From Thermoanaerobaculia bacterium (GTDB lineage: Bacteria; Acidobacteriota; Thermoanaerobaculia; Multivoradales; Multivoraceae): a DNA stretch of 64,000 nt. The notes below the pieces were generated by a model. It saw nothing but the letters and a program-made list of their open reading frames with translations, was not told where the DNA came from and made no database searches. The position numbers and the translations under genes are program-made. Within the stretch, counting starts at the first letter, position 1. Each line of letters opens with the position of its first letter. Shown here piece by piece: positions 39,268 to 50,411 of this stretch. Location of the stretch: contig OY761158.1 of NCBI GenBank assembly GCA_963664405.1, forward strand, positions 6,144,001 to 6,208,000. Direction: 5' to 3'.

Positions 39268-39983
39268 TTCGGAATCCTTCCTCCAGGAAGCTCGACGAGC
39301 TCGACCCAGATGCCGCCCGGATCTTCGAAGAAGGCGAGGCGAACCGTATTGAAAGAGCGTGGCGGTATCGGTAAAGGCGCGCCGATCTCCTCGAGTCGAG
39401 CCGAGGTCGCGTCAAGCTCGGAGGTGAAGAAGCCGATGTGGTCGATCGGCCGCGTTTCCTTCGCCTCCACCGGTTCTGACGTGAACGACATCCACATGGT
39501 GTCGTAGCCGACACCGAGCCGCGACGGGTCCCAGGGGCACGTCCCGGCGGCGCCGCCGAGATGCTCGGCGTACCAGCTCTGCATCGATTCCGGATCGGAG
39601 GTCGAGATCTGCACGTGGCTGAAGGTCGGCGCTGCGGCCTCGACCAGCTCGACGCGAATGCCGTCAGGGTCTTCGAGCAGAACGCCGGTCTGTGACTCCG
39701 TCAGCACTTTCGCGCCATCGCCGACCGCGCTCGCCGCAGTGGCATCGATGTCGGCGCAGCCGATTCCGATGCAATCCAGCGACGCCGACCCCTGGGTGGC
39801 CACTGCCCGACTTTGCACCTGAATGACGTTGCTGCCGTAGCGCAGATTGACCGAGCGCTTGGTCGCTCCGCCGTCTCCAGCTCCCAGGTGATCGACGTAC
39901 CAGCGCCCGGATCGCACTCGGTCCTCGGCTGTCACATGGACGTGGTGCCAAGGCAACGCTCCGGCTGCTTGGTTGTCCGTCAT
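39264..39983 (-). CDS. VOC/glyoxalase family protein
   Basis: WHHVHV, DPDGIRVELVE, IDHIGF, FEDPGGIWVELVE. Confidence 0.85.
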   Translation of the reverse strand: MTDNQAAGALPWHHVHVTAEDRVRSGRWYVDHLGAGDGGATKRSVNLRYGSNVIQVQSRAVATQGSASLDCIGIGCADIDATAASAVGDGAKVLTESQTGVLLEDPDGIRVELVEAAAPTFSHVQISTSDPESMQSWYAEHLGGAAGTCPWDPSRLGVGYDTMWMSFTSEPVEAKETRPIDHIGFFTSELDATSARLEEIGAPLPIPPRSFNTVRLAFFEDPGGIWVELVELPGGRIPK

Positions 39984-40128
39984 GGCGAGGTTTATAGCAG
40001 ATCAAGGCGCATGTTCTCGGCCGCCTCGTTTGCGCCGGCTCACTTCCCGGTGTTACGTTCTATCTTCTGCCCACAACGGAGCTGGCGCTGTCGGAGCTTT
40101 GTTCCCGCCGCCGGCGAAGGAGTCCACG

Positions 40129-41592
40129 ATGAAGAGAAACGGAAGTTCTCCCTCTCGAAGAGAGTTCCTAGTAGGAGCCGCCGCCGCGACCGCGACAGCG
40201 TTCACCGGATGCGGCGGCGAGGCGCCGGCGCCGGCGCCGATCCCTGGACCGCGCGCGATCCGCCGCCCGAACATCCTCTTCTTCTTCTCCGACCAGCATC
40301 GCGGGGACTGGCTGGGTCGCAATCCGGAGATCCCGGTTCCGACGCCGAATATCGACCGTCTTGCTGCCCGCGGCGTCGACTTCACCCGTGCCATTGTGCC
40401 GGCGCCGGTGTGCGGTCCGTCTCGCTCCTGCCTCGCCTCGGGCATGGAGTACGAGAACTGCGGCGTCGAAGTGAATGGAGACATGTACCCCGCACAGGCG
40501 AGGCCGACTTTCTACAAGCACCTGCACGACAGCGGCTATCACACCATGGCGACCGGCAAGATCGACCTCCACAAGGGTCCTGACGGTCGGCGCCCCGACG
40601 GCAAACTGCACATGGAGGAGTGGGGCTTTTCCGACATGCTGATCACCGGCAGCAAAGGGGGCGGCCTCGATAACCCTTATGGGGTCTACCTGGCCTCGCT
40701 GGATCCGCCGATGGACCAGATCCACCGCGAAGACATGGCGCGACGTAGCACTCCCAGAGAAGTGAATTGGTTTGGGATGACGGACACAAGTCCGCTCGAC
40801 GACGAGGCCTACAAAGACAACTACACCGCGCGAACCGCGCTCCAGCTCCTCGAGCAGGCCCCTGACGGCACCCCTTGGTTTTCGATCGTCAACTTCAACT
40901 GCCCCCATCCGCCGATGGACATCACTCGTCGCATGGAAGCGCAGTATCGCGGGCCCGACCGGATCATCGAGAACTTCAAGCAGCCCCACCACTACACCGG
41001 ACCCTTCACGCCTGAACACCACATCCGTATCCGTCAGAACTACGCGGCGATGATCGAGAACCTCGACCGCTGGGTTGGCCTCTTCCAGGAGAGACTGGAG
41101 GAGCGCGGGGAGCTCGACAACACCATCGTCATCTACGCCAGCGATCACGGCGAGATGCTCGGCGATCACGACCTGTGGGGAAAGGGTCTTCCCTTTCAGG
41201 CGTCGATGGGAGTGCCTTTGGTGATGGCCGGCCCCGGCATCGCATCCGGAGTGAAGAGCGACGCCCTGGTGAGCGTGATGGATCTCGCCACTACCTGCAT
41301 CGACTATGGCGAAGCCGCGATTCCGAGCGAGATGGAGAGCCGCTCGCTGCGTCCGCTTCTCGACTCGGGCGGCGGCGAGCATCGCGACTACCTGCGCTCT
41401 GCGCTGAAGACAGGGAAGGCCGCCGCCGGCCGTTTCCGCTCGGTCAACGATCATCGTTACAAGCTGGTCGAGGGCTACTTCGAAGAAAAGGCGCTGTACG
41501 ATCTCGAGGCCGACCCTTTGGAGACCGAGAATATTGCCACCGGCAAGCCTGGAGAGGTGGCGCGTCTCGAGAAGCTCTTCGTCGACGCTTGA
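40129..41592 (+). CDS. Tat-exported sulfatase (choline-sulfatase-like)
   Basis: ATG 40129 after AAGGAG; SRREFL Tat motif; PNILFFFSDQHR, CGPSRSCL, SDHGEMLGDH. Confidence 0.9.
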   Translation: MKRNGSSPSRREFLVGAAAATATAFTGCGGEAPAPAPIPGPRAIRRPNILFFFSDQHRGDWLGRNPEIPVPTPNIDRLAARGVDFTRAIVPAPVCGPSRSCLASGMEYENCGVEVNGDMYPAQARPTFYKHLHDSGYHTMATGKIDLHKGPDGRRPDGKLHMEEWGFSDMLITGSKGGGLDNPYGVYLASLDPPMDQIHREDMARRSTPREVNWFGMTDTSPLDDEAYKDNYTARTALQLLEQAPDGTPWFSIVNFNCPHPPMDITRRMEAQYRGPDRIIENFKQPHHYTGPFTPEHHIRIRQNYAAMIENLDRWVGLFQERLEERGELDNTIVIYASDHGEMLGDHDLWGKGLPFQASMGVPLVMAGPGIASGVKSDALVSVMDLATTCIDYGEAAIPSEMESRSLRPLLDSGGGEHRDYLRSALKTGKAAAGRFRSVNDHRYKLVEGYFEEKALYDLEADPLETENIATGKPGEVARLEKLFVDA

Positions 41593-41610
41593 ATGACCTA
41601 GGAGTCCCCA

Positions 41611-43113
41611 ATGAAGAAGAGCTCGAGCGCCCCCTCTCGACGCGAGTTTCTCGCCGGAGCCGCCGCGGCCACGGCGACCGCTCTGACCGGATGCGGGGGG
41701 CAGGCCCCGCCGCCGATCCCAGGACCGCGCGCGATCCGCCGCCCGAACATCCTCTTCCTCTTCTCCGACTAGCATCGTGGCGACTGGATGGGCCGCAATC
41801 CGGAGATCCCGGTTCCGATGCCGAATATCGACCGTCTCGCCGCCCGCGGCGTCGACTTCACTCGGGCCATCGTGCCGTCACCGGTGTGTGGCCCCTCTCG
41901 CGCCTGCCTCGCCTCGGGCATGGAGTACGAGAACTGCGGCGTCGAGGTGAACCGCGACAACTACCCGGCGCAGGCGAAGCCGACCTTCTACAAACACCTC
42001 CGTGATGGCGGCTATCACACCATGGCAGTCGGCAAGATCGACCTCCACAAGGGGCCGGCCGGAGTGAGCCTCGACGGGCGCCTACATATGGAGGAGTGGG
42101 GCTTTTCCGACATGCTGATCACCGGCAGCAAATCCGGCCTCTACAACGGCGAGGGTGACCCGACCCGACGCAACGAGTCCACGGTGATCGGCCCCAAAGA
42201 GCCCTATATGGCTTATCTCGATTCGCTGGACCCGCCCCTCGGCCGCATCCACGCCGACGACATCGATCTACGCGCGGTTCCCAAAGACCAGAACTGGTGG
42301 GGTATGACCGACCCGACTCCCCTCGACGACGAGGCTTATAAAGACAACTACACCGCCCGCACCGGGCTCGAGCTGATCGAGCGTGTGCCCGACGGGATGC
42401 CGTGGTTTTCGATCGTCAACTTCAACGGCCCGCATCCGCCGATGGACATAACCCGTCGCATGGAGGCGCACTACCGTGGCCCCGACCGCGTCATCGAGAA
42501 CTTCCCGCAACCCCACCACTACACCGGACCCTTCACCGCTGAACACCACATTCGCATCCGCCAGAACTACGCGGCGATGATCGAGAACATCGACCGCTGG
42601 GTGGGCCTCTGCCAGGAGAGACTGGAGGAGCGCGGGGAGCTCGACAACACCATCGTGATCTACGCCAGCGATCACGGCGAGATGCTCGGCGACCACGACC
42701 TGTGGGGAAAGTCTCTTCCCTACCAGGCCTCTGCGGGAGTGCCCTTGGTGATGGCCGGCCCCGGCATCGCGACGGGGGTGAGGAGCGACGCGCTGGTGAG
42801 CGTGATGGATCTCGCCACCACCTTCCTCGACTATGGCGAGGTCGCGATTCCGAGCGAGATGGATAGTCGCTCATTGCGTCCGCTCCTCGACTCGGGCGGT
42901 GGCCAGCATCGGGACTACCTACGCTCGGCGCTGAAAACGGGCAACGCCGCCACCGGCCGTTTCCGTTCGGTCAACGATCATCGTTACAAACTGGTCGAGG
43001 GCTTCTTCGAGGAGAAGGCGCTCTATGATCTCGAAGCGGACCCTTTAGAAACTGAGAATATTGCCGCGAGCAAGCCATCAGAAGTGGCGCGCCTCGAGAG
43101 GCTCTTCGCGTGA
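41611..43113 (+). pseudogene. Tandem sulfatase paralogue with an in-frame TAG at 41770-41772
   Basis: Close paralogue of the upstream gene; SD-TAG-HR where the upstream copy has SD-CAG(Q)-HR; the rest of the frame is open. Confidence 0.85.
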
Positions 43114-43139
43114 GCCGGGAGCACCGCAAGGTGGGGCCC

Positions 43140-43260
43140 TTCGCGACTTCCTTCCGCGAGCTCGAGTATCGTCGCAGTCAGTTCTCCTTCTATCGCAAGC
43201 ACCGACCCGATTGGGAGAGCCGCCTACTCAACCGGCGGCAGCGTTGCAGGTTCTCGCGCC
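43140..43260 (+). pseudogene. Possible C-terminal remnant of a family 2 glycosyltransferase
   Basis: ELEYRRSQFSFYRKHRPDWESRLL resembles GT2 C-terminal helices. Confidence 0.45.
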
Positions 43261-43415
43261 TCGCGGAGGCAATCGGGAGACCCCGTTGCCGTCGAAGTGT
43301 CTGCCGCCAACGCCGGGAGCCCTGTGGCCCTGGCCTCGGCCTCTCCGATCGAGGCCCAGGTAGAGACCGTCGGAACGACGACAATTCGCTAGATCGAACG
43401 CTAAGAAACACGTCT

Positions 43416-44519
43416 ATGTTTCTCCGGCTGCTGCCGCTCGTCCTGATCTCCGCTGTCGCGGTAGGTGCGGCCATGGCGGAAGATTCAACGATAGAAACGC
43501 TGCAGATCTATCTCGTCGATGTTGAAGGAGGCAACGCCACCCTGTTGGTGTCGCCGTCGAAAGAGACGCTCCTGATCGACACCGGTAACGGGGGCGCCAG
43601 GGCCGCGCGCGATGTAGGGCGCATCATGGAAGCGGTCGAGAGCGCCGGAGTGAAGAAGATCGATCACTTGATCACCACCCACTGGCACGGCGATCACTAT
43701 GGCGGAATGGCCGAGCTCGCTACACGGATACCGATCCTCGATTTCATCGACCATGGACCGAGTGTCCAGGCCAACCCGAACACTGACGAATTCGTCGAAG
43801 GTGCGTATCAGAGCCTGGTGGGGAAAGCTCGCCGCACTGTGGTCAGGCCCGGTGATGCAATTCCTCTAGCGGGCGTAGGTCTCACCGTCATGGCGTCGGG
43901 AGGCGAAGTCCTTGAGCGACCCTTGTCAGGCGCCGGGGGGCCGAACCCCTACTGCGCCGACTTCGAGCCCCAGGCCGAGGATAAGGGTGAGAATGCTCAG
44001 TCGGTCGGCGTCCACTTTAGTTTCGGTCGCTTCCGAGGGCTGCATCTTGGCGACCTGACCGTGAACAAAGAGTTCGAATTGATGTGTCCGAACAATCCGA
44101 TCGGTACAGTCGACCTCTTTGTCGTGTCGCACCATGGATTGCCCACTTCGAACTCCGCGGCGCTTGTCCACGCCATCGAGCCGCGCGTCGCCTTGATGAA
44201 CAACGGGACCCGAAAGGGCGGCGACCCGAGAACGATGACCACGCTCTACTCTTCGCCGGGCCTGGAGGATCTCTGGCAGCTCCACTTTTCGGTATTGGGC
44301 GGCCAAGAGTACGCTGTTCCCGGTCTCTTCATCGCCAATCACTTCGATGAACAGCCGGCGGCGCTACCCGTCTCTCCGACGCCGCGCCCCGCACGGGGTT
44401 CCAAGGCAGCTCCGGCTCCCGCCCACGAGGGCACCGCTCACTGGCTCCACGTTGCGGCCCGGCGCGACGGAAGCTTCACAGTTACGAATACTCGGAACGG
44501 GTTCAGCAAGACCTACTGA
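43416..44519 (+). CDS. Secreted MBL-fold metallo-hydrolase (ComEC/Rec2-like)
   Basis: Signal peptide; VDVEGGNATL, LIDTG, THWHGDHYGG, LGDL, VSHHG. Confidence 0.85.
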   Translation: MFLRLLPLVLISAVAVGAAMAEDSTIETLQIYLVDVEGGNATLLVSPSKETLLIDTGNGGARAARDVGRIMEAVESAGVKKIDHLITTHWHGDHYGGMAELATRIPILDFIDHGPSVQANPNTDEFVEGAYQSLVGKARRTVVRPGDAIPLAGVGLTVMASGGEVLERPLSGAGGPNPYCADFEPQAEDKGENAQSVGVHFSFGRFRGLHLGDLTVNKEFELMCPNNPIGTVDLFVVSHHGLPTSNSAALVHAIEPRVALMNNGTRKGGDPRTMTTLYSSPGLEDLWQLHFSVLGGQEYAVPGLFIANHFDEQPAALPVSPTPRPARGSKAAPAPAHEGTAHWLHVAARRDGSFTVTNTRNGFSKTY

Positions 44520-44564
44520 GATTCTTGGCGTGGGCCTTCCTTATGCGCGGGTTACACTCCGGCG

Positions 44565-46604
44565 ATGCGATCCAGTCGACCGATCCTGAGCCCCGTCGCG
44601 GCACTCGCCGCCACCCTTCTGGCTCAGGCCTGTAGCCTGAGACACGAGGACTGGCCCGTATATCTGGGCGACCCTGGTCGCACCCACTACACGCGCCTCC
44701 GACAGATCAATCGAGACAACGTCAGCCAGCTCGAGCTCGCCTGGGTCTACGATTCCTCGGGCGGGTCGCCAACGACCCGGTCGTCGATGTATGCGAGTCC
44801 GTTGGTGATCGACGGCGTTCTTTATGGGTTGTCGCCAAGACTTGTCGCCTTTGCCGTGAATGCGGCCACGGGTGAAGAGCTTTGGCGCTCGGACCAGGGC
44901 CTCAGCGGTGACGCTCAGCGGGGATTGATGTGGTGGGAGAAGGGCGACGACCGGCGCCTGTTTTTTACTCACGGCAAGGACTTGCTTGCCTTGAACGCGG
45001 AGAACGGGCGGCCGGTCCAGAGCTTCGGTGAGTCGGGCCGGCTCGATCTGACCCCGAAGATAGCGAGAAGGGGAAATATCAGAGTCACCGTACCTGGCGT
45101 CGTGTATGAGGATCTGCTCATCCTCGGCTTCACCACCAGCGAGAGTGAAGACGCGTTTCCGGGTTCGGTTCGTGCCTTCAGCGCGATCGACGGAAAGCCG
45201 GTCTGGCAGTTCGACACCATCCCGGCTCCCGGCGATCCGGGGTCCGAGACCTGGGCGGAGGGGTCGCTCGAGCACGCGGGCGGTGCCAATGTCTGGAGCG
45301 GAATGGCGCTCGACGAAGAGCGGGGCATCCTCTTTGCTCCGACTGGGTCGTCGACGCCGGACTTCTACGGCGCCAACCGCCTGGGCGACAACCTCTTCGC
45401 CAACTCTCTGCTTGCAATCGACGCACGGAACGGAAAGCTCAAGTGGCATTTTCAGGTCGTGCGCCACGACTTGTGGGACAAAGACAATCCCTCGCCCCCG
45501 ACCCTGGTCGAGCTCGAGCGCGACGGCAAGACGATTGATGCGGTGGCGCTCACCACCAAGACCGGACAGCTCTTTGTCTTCGACCGTGAGACCGGCGAAT
45601 CGATGTATCCCATCCACGAGGTGGAAACTCCGCTTCCAAGTACGCTTCCAGGCGAGGTCCCGGCTTCGAGTCAACCGGCTTCGTCGGTCATCATCGCCCG
45701 GCAGGAGTTCGAGATAACCAACCGTAGCGAGGAGGCGCGGAAGTTCGTCGAGGAGAAGATACAGGACTGGGATCTACGGCCCTGGGCACCGCCAAGGGTA
45801 GGAACCGTTCTCTTCTATCCCTGGTACGACGGGGGTGCGGAGTGGGGTGGCTCAGCCTTCGATCCGAACAGCAATCATCTGATTGTGAACTCGAACGAAG
45901 CAGCCGCCATTCTCGAGCTCACCGAGGTTCCGGTTGGCTCGAGTAACTACGGTACCTACGCACGCCACTGCGCCAGCTGTCATGGACTGGTGCTCGAAGG
46001 CACCGACGCGGCACCCGAGCTGCTTGGAGTCGGCAAGCGCCTGGGCCTAGCCGAGATCCGCCGGATCATCCGCGAAGGTACGGGTCGCATGGACGGATTC
46101 GCTTTTCTCGCCGCGGTCGAGCTGCGGGCCGTCGAAAGGTACATTCTCGCGCCCGAGCCCGAGATCGACGAGCCGACGTCGGACCTCTCGTACTTCCTCT
46201 CCAGCGGCTATGTCTACCTACGCGACCACGAGAACCTCCCAGGGAACTCGCCGCCCTGGGGCACGCTGAATTCGATCGACCTGGCTACGGGTGAGATCGC
46301 CTGGAAGGTGCCCTTCGGCGATTACCTCTCGCACCCCGACCTCGGCTTCGGAGCCGTCAACTACGGCGGCCCTGTCGTCACCGCTTCGGGATTGATCTTC
46401 ATTGCGGCGACGCCTGACGAAAAGTTCCGCGCCTACGACACCCGAAGCGGCGAGGTGCTCTGGGAGACCAAGCTGTCCGCCGCGGGCCATTCGACGCCGG
46501 CGGTCTACAGTGTCGACGGCAAACAATACGTCGTCATCGCCGCCGGCGGCGGCCGAACGGGGACGCCCTCGGGCGCCGACTATATGGCCTTCGCCCTCCC
46601 CTGA
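44565..46604 (+). CDS. PQQ-dependent glucose/quinate-type dehydrogenase with an internal cytochrome c domain
   Basis: GGANVWSGM.LDEERG, RHDLWDKD.P, CASCH, PPWGTL..IDLATG, GGPVVTASGLIF. Confidence 0.9.
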   Translation: MRSSRPILSPVAALAATLLAQACSLRHEDWPVYLGDPGRTHYTRLRQINRDNVSQLELAWVYDSSGGSPTTRSSMYASPLVIDGVLYGLSPRLVAFAVNAATGEELWRSDQGLSGDAQRGLMWWEKGDDRRLFFTHGKDLLALNAENGRPVQSFGESGRLDLTPKIARRGNIRVTVPGVVYEDLLILGFTTSESEDAFPGSVRAFSAIDGKPVWQFDTIPAPGDPGSETWAEGSLEHAGGANVWSGMALDEERGILFAPTGSSTPDFYGANRLGDNLFANSLLAIDARNGKLKWHFQVVRHDLWDKDNPSPPTLVELERDGKTIDAVALTTKTGQLFVFDRETGESMYPIHEVETPLPSTLPGEVPASSQPASSVIIARQEFEITNRSEEARKFVEEKIQDWDLRPWAPPRVGTVLFYPWYDGGAEWGGSAFDPNSNHLIVNSNEAAAILELTEVPVGSSNYGTYARHCASCHGLVLEGTDAAPELLGVGKRLGLAEIRRIIREGTGRMDGFAFLAAVELRAVERYILAPEPEIDEPTSDLSYFLSSGYVYLRDHENLPGNSPPWGTLNSIDLATGEIAWKVPFGDYLSHPDLGFGAVNYGGPVVTASGLIFIAATPDEKFRAYDTRSGEVLWETKLSAAGHSTPAVYSVDGKQYVVIAAGGGRTGTPSGADYMAFALP

Positions 46605-46625
46605 AGGGACGTTCGCCCCTCGGCC

Positions 46626-47662
46626 CTAACGCGGCACGACTGTGAAGTCGGCGGCCCACTCGTGCAGGCCCCAGTGAATCACCAGAGTGCCGCTGTCTTC
46701 GCCTGTCGGCACCAGAACGGCACCGAGCGAGCGCCTCGATTGACCTGTTCGTGAGTAGGTCAGGCCGATTTCCGCGGTATCGAAGGCAGGATTGTGCTGG
46801 GTGCCCCACGAATCCGGCTCGTTGTTGAAAACCAGTCGCCAGCCTCCGGCCGAGCGTTTGATCCAGAGGCCGTAGGAGCCGGGGAAGTCGGGGGCCAGAT
46901 TGTCAGTGGGCACGGCTGCACCGCCGAAGTCGAGCGAGACCTCGGTGCGGAGGCGGATCACCGCCGCTTCGCTGAGACGGATGACATCACCCTCCGCCGC
47001 GGACTCGATGCGGTAGAAGTCGTCGTGGTCGGCGTTGATCGTCTTTCCGTAGAGCATGCTTATCTGCGACCCGTCAGGCCGCGCCAGAGCCGTCTCTTGT
47101 CGCTTGCTCAGGGTGGTAAGCCGCGAAAAGGCGCTGAGATCGCTGTCGAATTCTCGGCGGCCGTCCAGACCAGCGGCCCCGACAGGCTGCGGCCCCCTCG
47201 GCTGCTCACCAAAACCGTAGTCGGCGGTCCATCGGTGCTCGCCCCAAGCTAGAACCAGCTGACCTGCGTCATCAGCGGTTGGCACGAGCGCGGCTGAGAG
47301 GGTTTGAAAGACGCTCTCTTCGAGGCTGTGAGACAGCGGAATCGTACCGACGACATCTCCGCTGGCGGTCGCGCCGTCGGACGCCGCTTGTTGGGCCTCG
47401 AGGGTCCATCCGCTTTCGAGGTGGGAGAGCCAGAGGTCGTAGCGACGACCGCCGCCCTGTTCGCACCCTCGCTGGCACTCAGTGAAGCTGGAAACAGGAG
47501 TGACAAGGGACGAACGCCCAAGGTCAGACGCGACTGCAGTCTGCCTTCTGCCGCGGCATCGGCCGCCCGACTCTCTACCTCGAGGCCGGACGAGAGAAGA
47601 CAGATTGCAAGAGCAAGAGTCAACGGCTCACAATGGAGCGCGCGCACGCTGAATCTCAGCAC
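46626..47662 (-). pseudogene. Secreted DUF2911-like protein, frameshifted near 47455
   Basis: Signal-peptide frame switches to GGRRYDLWL..LVLAWGEH..; second module GSYGLW..W.LVFNNEPDSWGTQH..LVIHWG. Confidence 0.55.
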
Positions 47663-47664
47663 GA

Positions 47665-48384
47665 CTAGTTGTGCCGGGCCGTCGCGCCTTCTTTCGACGG
47701 CGAAGTCGCGTCGTCTTCCAACTCCGCGTAGCTGATGAAACCCAGAGACATTTCGTCGTTGGTTCGGGGGCCGAAGCCAACGGCCAGGTCGCCGTCGAAT
47801 CCACGGCTGGCACCACGCTCGGTCGTTCTGTCGTACCAGAAGTCCACTTCGATGCGAGTGCCCTTCGGCAACAGCTTCGGCTCCTTGTACTTGTAGGTCA
47901 CCTGCCAGGCCTGGTCGTATCGTGGTACATCCAACAGAACCTCTTCGCTCCCGTCCGGGTAGTAGGCAATGTAGCGCGAGGCCGTGGCCCGCAAATGAGC
48001 GTGGGGCCAGTAATTGAGGACCAGCGTGTCTTTCTCGAGAGGGCGGGCCATGCCGATTCGATAGTTTGGCTGGTTCGGCGGAATCTCGAATGCTGAGTTG
48101 CCTAGCGAGTCGGTTATCACCTTGTGGGTAACCGGTCGCTCTTCGACGAAGAACCCGACTTCTGCTTGGCTGGCGAACGAGGTCCCTGGGCCGGGCTCTT
48201 TGTTGAAGTGCAGACTGAAGACCAGAGAGGTTCCCTTCTGGAGAAGCAGGCCATAGCCGTCGGGAAGCATTCCGGACTCACCACCCTCGGCCACGCAGCT
48301 GAGTAAACCGCCGCCGGCGCCCTCGCCGACTTCTGCGGTGTCCGCACCGGCGACGCCATTCACATCCTGGACAAAGGCGCACAT
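47665..48384 (-). pseudogene. 5'-truncated copper type II monooxygenase-like protein
   Basis: Begins abruptly at HHM; FEIPP, PHAHLR, LLDVPRYDQAWQ.TY, LPKGT, DEM; only ~30 bp from the divergent TPP gene, so there is no room for the N-terminus. Confidence 0.65.
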
Positions 48385-48416
48385 GTGGTGCCGGCGGTCC
48401 CTATAGAATCGCTGCG

Positions 48417-50123
48417 ATGTCCGACTCGGAGAGGAGGGCCCCCCAGACCGTCGCCGAGGCCTATTTGGCTCTGCTCGCTTCGCGCGGCATCGAGTGGCTC
48501 TTCGCCAACGCCGGGACCGACTTTGCGCCGCTCATCGAGGCGCTCGCGGGTGCCGGGGGCGAGGCGGGCCCCAGAGCCGTGGCGGTACCCCACGAGGTGG
48601 TGGCAGTAGGGATGGCCCACGGCTATTACCTCGTGACCGGCCGGCCGCAAGCGGTGATGGTGCACGTCGATGTCGGCACCGCGAACGCTCTGGTCGGAAT
48701 CATGAACGCTCACCGCGCTCAGGTGCCGATGCTCTTTTGCTCCGGCCGCACTCCCTACACCGAGAGCGGCCACCTGGGGAGTCGTGATCTGCCGATCCAC
48801 TGGGGCCAGGAGATGTCCGATCAGGGGAGCCTCGTCCGCGAGCACGTCAAGTGGGATTACGAGCTTGCCGTGGGCGACCAGCTGGTGTCCGCCGTTGATC
48901 GGGCGCTCGCGATCGCCATGGCGCCGCCGCGGGGCCCCGTGTATCTGAGCCTGCCGCGTGAGGTCCTCGCCGAGCCTTGGACCGCGGGTGGCGTCTCGCC
49001 GAAGACCGGCCAGAGCGTGCCGACTCCCGCCGCTCCCGATCCGGCCGCCATCGAGACCGCGGCCGATTTGCTCGCCGCCGCGCAGCGGCCGATGGTCATC
49101 AGCTCCACCTCCGTGCCTCGTAGCGTGTCCAGTCTCGGTGATTTCGCCGATCGTTTCGCCTTGCCGGTGGTCGAGCATTGGTCCCCTTGTCTCGGCCTCT
49201 CGACCGAGCACCCCATGCACGCAGGGTTCGATCCGGGGGGACTCCTCCCAGAGGCCGACGCCGTGCTCGTACTCGACGCGCCAGTGCCGTGGATCCCGGC
49301 GCGCCACCAACTCAGTGACGATTGCGGAGTGATCCAGGTGGCTCCAGATCCCAGCTATTCCCACCTTCCACTGCGTGGCCACCGGGCCTCCGTTGCCATT
49401 ACTTCCGACGTCGAGGCTGCGGTCCAGGCTCTGGGGTCGGTGCTCGAGAGTCGCCTCGATGTCGCCGGCAATGCTCTCGAGCGTCGTCGTCAGGAGCTCA
49501 CGGCTCGGCATCTCGCGGCGCGGGCGACGGTTCGCGAGCGCGCCGCGAGGCAGCCGGAAAGCCCGACCCGACTGTGGGCGAGCCACCTTCTCGACCGCGC
49601 TATCGGCCCCGATGCACTGGTCTTCAACGAGCTCGGCTGTGTACCTCCGGCGATGCGCTTCGAGCAGCCGGGCTCGCTATTTTCTATCTCGATCGCCGGC
49701 GCCTTGGGCTGGAGCTTGCCTGCCGCTCTTGGCGCCCAGCTCGCCGATCGCGACCGCCTGGTAGTCGCCACCGTGGGCGACGGCTCTTACGTATTCGCCA
49801 ATCCCGTGGCCTGTCACCAGGTCGCGGCGGCCCTCGATCTACCGGTGCTGACCGTGGTGTTCAACAACCAGGGGTGGCAGGCCGTGCGGCATGCAACGCT
49901 GGGCCTCTACCCCGAGGGCCACGCTCGAGGAGCCGGCGAGATGCCGCTCACTCGGGTGGCACCCTCGCCACGTTACGACCAGGTCGTCGCAGCAAGCGGC
50001 GGGCACGGTGAGCGGGTGGAGAGAGCCGAGGATCTAGCCGGAGCTTTCGATCGCGCCCTCCGTGTCGTTCGCGAGGAGAGGAGGCAGGCGTTGGTTGATG
50101 TAGTGATCGGCTGGGACGTGTGA
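48417..50123 (+). CDS. Thiamine pyrophosphate-dependent enzyme (acetolactate synthase/decarboxylase-like)
   Basis: FANAGTDFAP, PHE..AVGMAHGY, HVDVGTAN, GDGSY..NN TPP motif. Confidence 0.92.
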   Translation: MSDSERRAPQTVAEAYLALLASRGIEWLFANAGTDFAPLIEALAGAGGEAGPRAVAVPHEVVAVGMAHGYYLVTGRPQAVMVHVDVGTANALVGIMNAHRAQVPMLFCSGRTPYTESGHLGSRDLPIHWGQEMSDQGSLVREHVKWDYELAVGDQLVSAVDRALAIAMAPPRGPVYLSLPREVLAEPWTAGGVSPKTGQSVPTPAAPDPAAIETAADLLAAAQRPMVISSTSVPRSVSSLGDFADRFALPVVEHWSPCLGLSTEHPMHAGFDPGGLLPEADAVLVLDAPVPWIPARHQLSDDCGVIQVAPDPSYSHLPLRGHRASVAITSDVEAAVQALGSVLESRLDVAGNALERRRQELTARHLAARATVRERAARQPESPTRLWASHLLDRAIGPDALVFNELGCVPPAMRFEQPGSLFSISIAGALGWSLPAALGAQLADRDRLVVATVGDGSYVFANPVACHQVAAALDLPVLTVVFNNQGWQAVRHATLGLYPEGHARGAGEMPLTRVAPSPRYDQVVAASGGHGERVERAEDLAGAFDRALRVVREERRQALVDVVIGWDV

Positions 50124-50126
50124 GTG

Positions 50127-50349
50127 AAGCTCGAAGCAGCGGGGTTCGAGGTCGTCGAGTCGCGTGACGGGCGAGTACCGCGATGTCCGTACCGGCTCTC
50201 TAGCCCAGGAGGAGAGGCTTTCCGCTGAGCTGACCGAGGTGCTCGGTGCCGAATCTCTTCGTACGCGTTTCGACAGCTATCGCAGAAAGCTGCGCGCGGT
50301 CGACGCGGGCCTCCAGCTTCGATCGATGTTTGTCGTAAGGCCCGTCTGA
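50127..50349 (+). pseudogene. Possible C-terminal remnant of a SAM-dependent methyltransferase
   Basis: LEAAGFEVVESRD, frameshift, VTGEY..LRSMFVVRP; no N-terminus. Confidence 0.45.
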
Positions 50350-50411
50350 CCTCCTGCTATACTCCGAGCTTCCAAAGTTCAACCGCTCTAACGATCCAAG
50401 GGGAGGGAACC

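Noticed and set aside
41770-41772. In-frame TAG as pyrrolysine or a recoded genetic code
   Set aside because: The paralogue has CAG (one transition away), TAG is a normal stop for many genes here, and no pyl genes are present.
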